This document shows positions 1 through 10,600 of a DNA stretch of 64,000 bases, piece by piece; positions within the stretch are counted from its first letter, which is position 1; the number at the start of each line of letters is the position of its first letter. Location of the stretch: IMG/VR virus record IMGVR_UViG_3300036781_000418, positions 62,001-126,000 of that record; one strand, written 5' to 3'. The notes under the pieces were generated by a model. That model was given only the letters and a program-made list of their open reading frames with translations, had not been told where the DNA came from and did not search any database. Made by a program: the position numbers and the translations under genes.

Positions 1-3000
1 CTGGGTTGTTCATCTCCGCGGTCAGCGCGTCGACTTGGGTGGACGTCGTGGTCGCCAGCGTCGTGATCTGGGTGGCGTCGGCTTGCAGGTCAGTGGACCA
101 CACGTCGGCCGGTGTCAGGTCAACGTACGGCGTCAGCAGCGTCGTGAGGTTCGTCAGCTCAGCCTGGTCTGGGCCAGACAAGGTCGCACGTGCCTTCAGC
201 TCGACGGCACGCATGAACATGTCGTAGACTGAGCGGTTGACGAGGTCGTCCGCCTCGATGGCGGCTTGGAACTCAATGAAGGTCGTGTCGTCCAAGTTAG
301 CGTCGACGAGGTAGGCCTGCACCAAGCTCGTGTAAAGTTCAAGGTTGGCCGTCTCGGTGTCCGACAGACCAACGTCCAGTTGCTTCGCACGCAGCACCTT
401 GGCCAACGAGAAGAACGTCGAGAACGGGTAGCCGATGTCGTAGTAGCCGTCGACTTGATCTTCGAAGTCGTAGCCACCGGTGTCGTACCCTTGCAGGAAG
501 CCGGTGAACGTGTCGTCAAGGTTGACGGCTGCGGTCTCTTCATGGACCTGGGAGATGGCCCACTGTGGATCTTCAACGACCTGAATGTTGATCGTGTCGT
601 TGAAGAGGAAGCCCTCGTCGACGCCACCACCACTGATCAGGATGTTCAGCGTCTCGCTGAAGTTGACGTTGAAGTGTTCGTTCAGCCCTGAACCGACGGT
701 CAAGAAGACGGACTCGGCGTTCAGCGGCATGTAGGAGCTGAAGAAGCCGGTGTCCCACGTCACGCCCCAACCAGCGGCGTCGTTCTGCAGCGTGCCGACG
801 GCCTCGCCAGTGGACGCGGCCGTGATGTCCACCGCGACCTGTGGGTCAGTGAAGATCGCCTCGGAGGTTGCACCGTCACGGCGGTTGAACAGGATTGGAA
901 TCCAGTCGGAGAGGACGTCGATCTCAGGCGAGGTCGTGTCGACCTGCGTCAAGCCAGCCGAGTAGTTGACGAAGCGTGGGTCGATTGAGACGGGCTCCAG
1001 CACCTCAAGCGTCGTCGCGTGGGCCATGTTGACTGGACGGATCGCGAAGCGGATGTTGTTCGCCTTGGTGCGTTCGAACAGGAGGTAGTCGTCGGCGGAC
1101 GGCAGGCGAGCTGGGGTGGCCTTCAAGATGGCGAGGTCGCGACCGATGGACAGCGAGCGATCGTCACCCAGCAGCGACATCGTGAAGAGCTTACCGACGG
1201 TCGCCGAACCAGCGGTTGGCAGGCTGATCGTGACGTACAGGTCCTTGACTTGGTCGGTGCCGGCTCCAACGAGTTCACCGTTGCGGTACAGCATCCACTG
1301 TTCGCCCTTGGAGCCCTTGATCGTGTAGTTGAACGATGGGCAGTCTGGACGGACGTAGTCAAGGGTCAGGTCACCGGCGCTGGTCGTCCACACGTTCTCG
1401 GCCGATTCAGGGAGGAGGCCGTTGTAGAAGCCCTCCGAGACGGCGTCGTCGAAGAACTCACGCACCTCGTAGACTTGGGCTTCAGGTGGTTCGATGTAGA
1501 AGCCGACCATGCCGTTGAAGTACCACTGACCCACCTGGGCGGACGGCATCCAACCGTTGGCGGACGAGTGGACGAGGTACGACGGGCTGAACCCGTACGT
1601 TTCAAAGGTGAAGACGTCACCAGCGTCCAGGCCACCAAGTCCTGGTACCACGGTGAAGTGAATGCCAAGGTCGTCGTCCTTGTAGGACAGGCCGTCCGTA
1701 AAGCTGATTACCTTGAGCGGATCGTAGAGCTGCGCGCCAGCGTTGGCGGTCGCCGTCGAGATTCCTGAGATCGTGTAGGTGTTCGTGTCCAGCCACGTCA
1801 GCGCCCACTGGGCTTGCGTGTCCTTCTGGAACGTGTCACCGTGCATGATCAGGCGCGGGGTGTGCGAGGAGACCAGCCCGTCGGTGTCAGCCACTGGCGG
1901 CTTGTTGATGATCGTCCAGTTGAACACGTCACCACCGTCCGTGTTCTCTTGGGAGAACGTCGAGGCGGTCGTCGAGGCGTACCAGCTTGAGCTCAGGCGC
2001 GAGGCGATGAACGGCTTGTTGCCGGCCGCAAGGTTGAACGAGAAGCCGAAGCTGGACGACGAGTAGGAGGATCCAACTGGCACGGTCGCGACCTGCGTCC
2101 AGCCAGAAGAATCCAATCGCTCAAGGGCGAACGAGGTCGCGTACCACAGGCGCAGGTCAGGCGTCGTGTCTGGATCGCTTGACGACCAGATACCTTCCGA
2201 CGTGACGTTGTTTGGCATGTCGTACTGTGGGTCCGTCGCGGTTGGTTCAAGCTCCGTCTCGTCGAAGAGGTTGGAGGTAGTGGTGTCGCGTTGGATGCGG
2301 TTCAGCGGCTTGGTCGTGTCGGGCAGGGCGCGGAGGCGCCACTGTTGGCCGTCGATCGAGTCCTCAGCGAGCTGCAGGTTGAACGCCGTCAGGTCGTAGT
2401 CCACGAAGCGCGAGTCGTAGCCAAACTCCAACTGACGCAGGTAGTCCGCGTCGGACGGCGAGACGTTCGTGTAGATCGACTCGTAGGCGTCGTAGCCGCC
2501 CATGTCGTAGCCGTAGTAGAGGTCGAAGTCGTCCGAGTGAGCTGGCTCGTTCGTCACCTCAATGTAGAAGCGATCACCTGGAATGAACGTGTAGGTGGTG
2601 CCCTGCACGACCTTGAACGCCAGCTTACCGTCGTTGAACGGCACGTCCACCGTCACGGTCGCTGAGTAGCTTGGATAGTCGGGCGACGTCATCGTGAACG
2701 TCGTGCCACTGGTCGCCTCAAGGATAAACTCTGAGGTCTCTAGGGTTTGATCGATGACGTCAATGACGTCCAGCGCGCCCGTTGACGACTCAATGTGGCC
2801 GTAGCGTGTGGAGCCAAGCTGCGGACGTGAGTAGGCAAGTGGGTTTACCTTGATGAGGCTCCACGCGTCCAACGTGCACGATGGGTGGATGGTGATGCCA
2901 CCGACTGGGTGGAGTCGAACCTCCGTACCCTCGACGGCGGGAATGACACCTGGAGCCAACGCAAAGTTGACCAGTGGGTGGGTGAACTCCATGCCGATCG

Positions 3001-4099
3001 TGGCGTTGCCGATGTACCCGCTAAAGGAGCCGAACACCTGCACTTGACTCGTGTCCGCGTCAACAACCAACCGCCACTCTTGGTACTGAGGCGCGCTCGT
3101 CGGCGCGGTCATGCCCGTGACGACGAGCTGGTCGGTCTTCAAGTTGTCGTAGCGTAGCAGGCCAGTCTCACGCAGTCCAAGGTCCGACCACTTGCCGAAG
3201 TAAAGGGACGGCGAGGCGGCGGCGAGGCGACCTTCAAGGGCGTCTGGGTCGTCGTAGTCAGGAACCAAGGCGGCCAGGTCAGGGGCGGCCAGCGCCTTCA
3301 TCAAGTTGACGAGGAGCTCGTAGCTGGACGGTAGGTCGTTCGCGACGGTTGGATCGGAGACGGACGGTGCTAGGATCGCCAGGAGGTTGACAACCTCCGT
3401 TGAAACGTCGGCGTAGGTTGCTGGGTTACCAGTCGCGGTGATCGCGGCCTGGAGACCGTGCAGCTCGTTCGTCAGGACGTTGGCACAGGAACCAGGGTTC
3501 GTTAGGTCGAGCGCGACCAGTCGAGTGGCGGCCGTTGCCTTGGAGATTGTGCCTTGGTTGCGTCGTTCAGCGTACAGTGGGTTGAACATCGAACTAGCGT
3601 CGTTGACCTGGGAGACGTCAAAGACGTACGCCCCATGACTAAGGAAGACGTCGTGGCCCTCCAACAGCGGTTCACAGTGGTCCTTGCTGCCGTTCCGCTG
3701 CACGAAGGCGTCCGACAGGCCGACGCCTTGAATGGACGTTGGGTCGTAGGCGTACGGCACCAGCGGTAGGTCGGTGTCCTCATCACGGAACGCCTTGAAG
3801 GCACCTGGAGATTCATCTGGTCGATCGTTGACGGTGTACTTGCGAAATACAGGGTCAAGCGATCGTTGCAGTTGGGTTCTAGGAGTCGGCACGGTTGTGC
3901 CGCTCGAGAGGAGCGAGTACATCCACGTATCGTTCATGTGGGTCGTACTGAAGAGCTTCTCAGTAAACGACACGTTCATGTAGTCGGTGAATCGATACTC
4001 CTCACCAACGTCCGTCAGCTTGCGGCTGTACGGTTTTGTATCCAGAACAAACGCGACAAGTGACTGAATCTGTCGGCTTTGCGTGTTAGTCGTTGCCAT
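1..4099 (-). CDS. Large virion structural protein (>1366 aa, runs off the window start)
   Basis: Not in the ORF track because it has no stop in the window. ATG at 4099 (MATTNTQSRQIQSLVAFVLDTKPYSRKL...). The same frame is open at both ends I translated (ends ...LTAEMNNP at base 2), and only shadow ORFs occur elsewhere in 1-4000. Thr/Gly/Asp-rich beta-type composition and a GYDMGGYD motif typical of jumbo-phage tail/baseplate proteins. Confidence 0.85.
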   Translation of the reverse strand, partial: MATTNTQSRQIQSLVAFVLDTKPYSRKLTDVGEEYRFTDYMNVSFTEKLFSTTHMNDTWMYSLLSSGTTVPTPRTQLQRSLDPVFRKYTVNDRPDESPGAFKAFRDEDTDLPLVPYAYDPTSIQGVGLSDAFVQRNGSKDHCEPLLEGHDVFLSHGAYVFDVSQVNDASSMFNPLYAERRNQGTISKATAATRLVALDLTNPGSCANVLTNELHGLQAAITATGNPATYADVSTEVVNLLAILAPSVSDPTVANDLPSSYELLVNLMKALAAPDLAALVPDYDDPDALEGRLAAASPSLYFGKWSDLGLRETGLLRYDNLKTDQLVVTGMTAPTSAPQYQEWRLVVDADTSQVQVFGSFSGYIGNATIGMEFTHPLVNFALAPGVIPAVEGTEVRLHPVGGITIHPSCTLDAWSLIKVNPLAYSRPQLGSTRYGHIESSTGALDVIDVIDQTLETSEFILEATSGTTFTMTSPDYPSYSATVTVDVPFNDGKLAFKVVQGTTYTFIPGDRFYIEVTNEPAHSDDFDLYYGYDMGGYDAYESIYTNVSPSDADYLRQLEFGYDSRFVDYDLTAFNLQLAEDSIDGQQWRLRALPDTTKPLNRIQRDTTTSNLFDETELEPTATDPQYDMPNNVTSEGIWSSSDPDTTPDLRLWYATSFALERLDSSGWTQVATVPVGSSYSSSSFGFSFNLAAGNKPFIASRLSSSWYASTTASTFSQENTDGGDVFNWTIINKPPVADTDGLVSSHTPRLIMHGDTFQKDTQAQWALTWLDTNTYTISGISTATANAGAQLYDPLKVISFTDGLSYKDDDLGIHFTVVPGLGGLDAGDVFTFETYGFSPSYLVHSSANGWMPSAQVGQWYFNGMVGFYIEPPEAQVYEVREFFDDAVSEGFYNGLLPESAENVWTTSAGDLTLDYVRPDCPSFNYTIKGSKGEQWMLYRNGELVGAGTDQVKDLYVTISLPTAGSATVGKLFTMSLLGDDRSLSIGRDLAILKATPARLPSADDYLLFERTKANNIRFAIRPVNMAHATTLEVLEPVSIDPRFVNYSAGLTQVDTTSPEIDVLSDWIPILFNRRDGATSEAIFTDPQVAVDITAASTGEAVGTLQNDAAGWGVTWDTGFFSSYMPLNAESVFLTVGSGLNEHFNVNFSETLNILISGGGVDEGFLFNDTINIQVVEDPQWAISQVHEETAAVNLDDTFTGFLQGYDTGGYDFEDQVDGYYDIGYPFSTFFSLAKVLRAKQLDVGLSDTETANLELYTSLVQAYLVDANLDDTTFIEFQAAIEADDLVNRSVYDMFMRAVELKARATLSGPDQAELTNLTTLLTPYVDLTPADVWSTDLQADATQITTLATTTSTQVDALTAEMNNP

Positions 4100-4667
4100 T
4101 GTTGTATCTCTTAGAGTTTCGGAGGCCTTCGGCAATCTTTGCTTTGTGTTCAGGGCTCAATTTTCTACCACGCTTTCCAGCTCCGATATTTGCACAAGAC
4201 TCGGCACTACGCTTAGCTCCAGTATTTGCCTTCACCATTGCATCAATTACATGCTGAGGGCGAGGTTTTCCACGCATTTGCGCTACACGCTTTTCGATTG
4301 TTTCTGCACTTTGCTTTACGCCTCTTCGAGCCGCCGACATTTTAGCTCGCGTTTCTGGTGATGGATTATGGCAACCATCACCACCATCTGTTAGATTCAA
4401 AAGCGGGCCTTTCTTAAGATCCTTCCTTCCGAATTTTGAGATAAGTTCTTGTTCTACTAGCTCAGCAAGTTCCTGATCAAGATCATCACACACCTTTGTG
4501 ATGATCGGTTCCACTCCATTCGACTTCATCAATGCTAGACGATGAGTGAAAGGATGGCGATCTGTTCGTGTTCTGTGTTTTGACAGCCGCGGGCCTTGCC
4601 CAATTCCCACGTAGATGGGCTCATTTCGGCTTGGATCAAAATAGAGGTAAACATACTTTGCAGTCAT
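4086..4667 (-). mobile_element. Free-standing GIY-YIG homing endonuclease with NUMOD3-like repeats (193 aa)
   Basis: N-terminal YVYLYFD...IYVGIG...R motif, conserved Glu (VEQELI) and NLTDGGDG, then SPETRAKMS/SAETIEKR/SPEHKAKIA repeats. More AT-rich than its flanks. Confidence 0.88.
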
Positions 4668-4670
4668 GTG

Positions 4671-7600
4671 TTATTCGTAGCTTGGCGCAACTGGCACTGG
4701 ATCAACAACCTTGATCGAGTACACGCTGAGCCGGGATGTTTTGAACAGGTCCGTCATCGTGTAGTTGGCCGCGCAGATCTCCTCCACCGCCGCGAAGAAC
4801 AGCTCGTTGATTTGAGCCGCTGACGCGCCGTTCCAGATTGTCGTCATAGTCGCTCGTGCGTGTTCAGGGGTGTCAAACCATGAGTCGCTCTCGTTGAAGT
4901 CGAGCACCGTGATGTAGTCCGGAACCGGAGTAGGTCCACTGTCGTCCACTAGTCTGGTATTTAGAATGGTGAACTGAAGCGTCGCGTTGACCAAGTCCTG
5001 TGGAGCCAGGGCCTGGTCGGTGGCGAAGCCGAACTGGGTCGCCGTGCCGTTTCGGGTATCGTAGGCGATCCGACGGGCGCTTGGAACGGCGTTGCCGACC
5101 GCGTCCTGTCCAGCCGAGGTGCTGGTGAGCAGCGTCCAGAGCACGGCTGGAATTACGGCACGTTGTCCAGGGCGAAGCAGCGTCCACTCAGTGTGCACGT
5201 CTTTTAGGTCCATGCCATGTGGATCGTCGCGCAGGGTGAAGTCGCGCGTGAAGCGGAGCTTGAACGTGTCGTCCTGAGCCACGACGTAGTTCAGTCCGGC
5301 CACGGCGATCGCGTTGTAGGAGTAGGACGTGCCGTTGTCAGGCTGGTGCAGGGCGTCGTGGAACGTTACGTAGGTGGACGGACCGGTCGTCAACATGTCG
5401 GCCATCGACTTCACGGACGTCTTCTTACCTTGGGCGACGCTCGAACGGTCCTTAACCCAGAAGTAGTAGATCGTCGACAGGATCGAGCCGTTTTCGTCGC
5501 GCACTGGAACCTCTACGTGCTGGTAGTCAACCTTGTACTGCTGTTGGATGAGCACGTTGTCGGTGACGTCCGGGTCAAACGCGAGCTCCACGGTGGTAGG
5601 TACGTAACCGCGTACGATCAAGTGCACCTCGGCCCCAACCGGTGGCACGAAGGACAGCGTCACCGTCGTACCACTTAGGGAGTAGGAGCCGGCCAGTTGA
5701 GCGGAGCCGTTGATGTAGACCGAGATGGAGCTTAGGGCCGTGCCGTCCGGAACTTCAAAGGTCACGGTGGACGTGTCCGCTACCACCTGGTGAAAGATCT
5801 CGTCCGCCAGCACGCGCCAAGCCGACCATGTCGACATGGTCGAGCGAACCTCGGTACCATCGTTCAAGGTGAACGTAAAGTTGGCGTTCTGGATAACGGT
5901 GATGGAGGTGTTGAACGCCACCTGGTCGACGGGCCATGGACCAACGAACGGCACCCAGCACGAATTTGGCTGACGGGAGTCGGCGTCCAGCTGCTGTTGA
6001 GTCGGCACCGTCCAAGCACGCCAACCGATGCCGTTGTACGTACCGCTGGTTGGGTCCTGGTCGTTGATCAGTGACGTCGGCAGGTTTGAGCCAGCGACGA
6101 CAGTTTGGTAGCTCACCTGGTCATGTAGGATGATCATGTCGTTCAGGCCCTGCACGATGGCCTCCATCATGGTGACCGTGTTCCAGGTGCCGGCGGTCAT
6201 GAACTTGACGTTGACACGCAGCCCAAAGTTAGGCACCGTGTAGGAGAAGACCTGGTTGGCGTAGGTTGTGAAGGTTGCACCGAAGTAGTCACCTGGCGTA
6301 ACGTCGTTCGCGTCACCCCGGTCAACACGAAGGCTGATGACTTGGAAGTCGCCAGTCTCAGTTTCAACCACGCGGAAGAAGGTCGACACGTCAACGAGGT
6401 CGGTGATCGTGCCGGCGTTGTCGGTCAGCTGGAGGGTATCAACCGGTTCGGCCAGAAACTCCAGGCCACCGATCGTTGGGGTGTAGCTCGTTACGTCCAG
6501 CGTGAGGATAGCAACGGCACCGTCCGTGGAGGTCGTCACCGACTTCATGACGAAGAGCTCTTCGTCGCCGGCGTTGTCCACCATCAGGCGCTTCGTGAAG
6601 TCTGACAGGACCGTCAGCTCGGAGAGCGGTTCAGGGGTCAGTGGATCAAGGTTCCAAGCACCAACTCGCATGCCAGCGACGATGCCACGTTCAAGGAAGG
6701 TGTTGGACTCCAGCCACAACAGGCCGTCGCCAAGGCTGGACGTACCCGCTTCAACGTACAGGGTTGAGTTGTAGTCGGTTGAACCGAAGGCGCCGCCCAT
6801 GTGAGCGGCGCCGTTTGGCACGCCGGAGTATGACCAGGCGATCGGACGCGTCAGCCAGATGCGGTCACGAACGTAGTACTTCGCGTCCGCCACCACGCCG
6901 TCCGCCTTGTCGGCGGAGTCAAGGTCGGCGTCACCAGCGTCGATGAGGGCTTGGGCCGCGTAGTCGGCTGGCGACACGGAGGACTCCACCCACTCGTAAA
7001 CGTCCACGGCGGCGTAGTCAGCCAGGGTACCCCAACGGGCCAAACGGTCCTCAACACGTGGGAAGATGACCTTGTCGTAGTACGGCAGGTAGTCGAGGCG
7101 AGTCATGTCCCACCAGACACGACCAACTTCCTTCGCGCCCCACGGCCGCAGTGGGTCGTAGTTGGAGTTGCCTTCAACCAAGGTCGACACGTTGTAGCGG
7201 GCTGGGTCCAGCTTTGAGATGATGTTGATCGACTCGAGCGCGTTCGGGGTGTGTTGACCGGTAGCTGGGTGCCAGAAGACGATGTCGTCGATCTTCTCGT
7301 TCGCCACGTAGTTGAACAGCTTCATTGGGTTGAACTTGCCAACCGACACGCCCCAACCAGTGATCGTCAGCTCGGTAAAGTCGGAGACAAGGTAGGTCGT
7401 CTCGTTTAGCTTTGTGACGTTGGCGCCGTCGACGACGCGCCAGTCGGCGATGAACGGCAACGTGAGCTGGAACGGGAAGGTTAGCCCATTGGTCGCCATG
7501 TAGTCCGCGTCAATGTTCTGGGACAGGGTCGGCAGCTCGTCGGCGGTGAAGGTGGTCGGACCGTTCAGGTCGTCGATCGAGAACCAACGGGTCTCATCGT

Positions 7601-10600
7601 CCATGTCAACTTCGGTGAACGCGGCGAAGTCACTGCCAGTTGCTGGTGCGGTGGGTGGTGTGTAGTCGAAGACCAACTTGGTAAACTGCTGGACGCAGTC
7701 GTCCACGTCGATCTTCAGTTCTGGGTAGATCTTCTGGCGGGCGTCACCGTACTCTGCGACCTTGTACGCCCAGTACTCATCGATCTTCGCATCTTGGAAG
7801 CGGTCGTTGTTTAGGAAGGCTTGGATCGACGCGTTCGTGCCCTTCAGCTGGATGAGACCACGCCAGAAGTCGAACTGAGTTCGGTTCGTCAGGTCAAGGT
7901 CGGCCATGTAGTCCTTTGGCGTGAAGCCAAGCAGGGCTAGGGCATGGGTCGTGGACAGCTCGTCCTCATAAACCTTGTTCGGGTCGTAGAAACCCTGCAC
8001 CATGTCAGTCGAGGCTTGAAGGTTGCGCTTGACCTCGTCGCCTACAAGGTAGTGACCACCGTATTCTGGACGGAGGGTGGCGGTGGCTTGCTTGCGACCG
8101 TTGAAGCGGAGCGTGATGATGCGGGCGCCGGTGAACGGATCGTAGATGAGGCCTTCACCGGTGGATGGGTTGACCTCGTTAGCCAACACGAAGATGTGTT
8201 CGTACTCGTCGAACTGGGCGTGGACGCCGAACATCGGCGCGTCAGCCCAGATCTCGGCGCGGCCGTTTGAGCGCATGACGATCAAGTCCTCGGTCTTCAG
8301 CTTGACGCCAAGCGTGTCGTACACGGCTGGGTCGGCGTCAACGTCGAAGAGGGCGGTGTCGGCGAACGGCGAGAGCAGACCCTGGTTGAGCTCAATCCAC
8401 ACGTGATCCATAAACGGATTCATCACCACACCGTCGCCGAGGTTGATGCCCGCGTAGACGCGGTCCACTAGCTTCTCAATCTCCAGCTGCCAGGTACGGT
8501 TGCGACCGGTTTCTTGGTCAATGTTGTTCTGTGAGGATAGGTTGAAGATCCAACCTTCGCTGATCAACTTGTCCGTGTAGCCGTAGATTACGTCCACGAC
8601 GTTCTGCAGGCCGGTGATGATGAGCGGCAGCTGCGCGTCCACGGTGCCGGTAATCTCGGTTGGCTGGTACCATGTGCGGTCCGTGTGGGCGCTCGCCAGG
8701 GCCTTGAACGTTACCTCGTTGTTCGATGAGTACGTGTAGTACGAAATGTCCAGGTGGCGTGAGTTGTAACCGTCAATGCGGAACACCCAGTCGGAGGCGT
8801 CGTTGGTCGCGATCGGTGCGCCCGTTGAAGACAGCACGTAGGAGCCCAGCTGCACGACCGAGACACGGAGGGCCTGGGCCCAGGTGTCGGCCGCATACGG
8901 CGAACGCTTGACCCGTAGCTCATAGGCGCTCTCAGGAAGAACCTCGGAGTCGGTGAAGACGAGTAGGTCGTTGGTTTCAACCAAACCACCGGCACGGTAG
9001 CCAAGGTTGACCTCCCAGCCGCGGTAGGCCGAGATCGCGTAGCCAGCCGAGGTGTCCACGCTGAAACCACGCAGGGCCTGTGTAAAGACCTGACCAAATC
9101 CACGGAACTGGTAGTACGTTGCTGGAGTCGCGACCATGGAGATAGTCGCGCCGTCCGCCGTGCCGGTGAGGGTGTACGTGTCACCTTGACGGAATGGACG
9201 ACCTTCGTCCTCCATCAGCAGGTTGGTGATCACGTAGCCGTCAACGGCTAGCGAGGTAGCGGTGCCTTCTTCAGCGGTGCCAAGGTAGACCCCGTTCACG
9301 TCGTAGATCGAGAAGACTTGCTTGTGGTTCGCGTCGTACGCGTCGTGGACGATCGACAATGTAAAGTCGGTTGGGGCCGTGATAAGGTCGACTGACAGTG
9401 GTTGGGTACGCACGATCGCGGCGACTGGGTCACCGTGTAGGCGGAAGCGTGGGTGGCCTGGCATCGAAACGTCGAAGCCATCGTAGCGGATGCCGTCGAC
9501 TGTGACCCACTCAAAGCCCCACAGTTCACGGAGCCAGGTGAGTGGGTCGGTGACGAAGAGCGCCGAAGCCAGCGAGTAGCGGTAGTCAATCGTCCGAGTC
9601 CAGACCGTTTCAACCGGCGAACTTTCACCGAACGTGTAGGACGCGGCTGGGGTTGGCGGCAGGGTGTTCGTCACGGCGTTCACCGAGGACGAGACGACGG
9701 TGGAGACGTACGGCGGAATGAGCATGTCGCGCGTCACGTCCACGCTCAGCTTAAGGGTAGGACGCGCGGCGGCGATCGCCGACCACATGGCCTGCGACCA
9801 GTAGCGGGCCTGTTGAACAACGACTGGGTCGGTGCCGATCGAGGCTGGAGCAGTTGACACGTACCACACCGTGCCCGAGTACTCGTAGCCTTTGGTGACC
9901 GTGAAGGTCTGCTTCAGGGCCAGTGAGGCGCTCATGTTGCGTGTCCAGCCGGCGCTCGACGCCGTCCACACACCGTTGCTGGCCTGAATGGTTTCACCGG
10001 TGATGAGGATCAAGTCGCCGGCCACCAACGTATACCCATCGATCGTGACGAGACCGTTGAACGCGGCGGGCGACGTCGTGACGACCGCGACCGCCCCACC
10101 GTTGGTGAAGCCGTTGATTGGGTTCGCCACCTGATCTGGAGATACCGGGGCCGCCCACATGGAATCCCAGTTGACTGGCTTAGTCGCCTGACCAACGAGC
10201 AACCATGGTTCAATGTTTGGGCGTGACGTTGGAATGACGCCGGTGACGGTGCCTTGGTGTGCCTCAAGCAGGTTGTACCAACGAGCTGGCACGGTGGACG
10301 TGGTCAACGGGGCAGTTTGACCGACTGTCAAGCCCGAGTAGTTCCAGGTGAACGGGTCAGTCGACACGTAGTCAGGGGCCGTTGGATCGTAGCCGTTTGT
10401 GGACGCCCACTGGGCAAGCTCACGCTCAAGGGCTGGAGCCAGGTCGCTGGACAGCGCGGTCTCAACGTCCGCCTGTGAGAAGTAGGTGTGGTGCGTTGGT
10501 GGGCAACCGTCGTACAGGCGCTGTTCAAGGTTGATCAGCACGTCGTTGAGGGTGCTACCGAAGCTGAAGCTCGTCCATGGCAGGAGTTGGTTCGACTCCA

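Noticed and set aside
4086-4671. Group I intron around the first GIY-YIG gene
   Set aside because: The upstream gene has its own stop 3 nt before the endonuclease start, and the downstream gene overlaps the endonuclease stop, leaving no space for ribozyme core elements.
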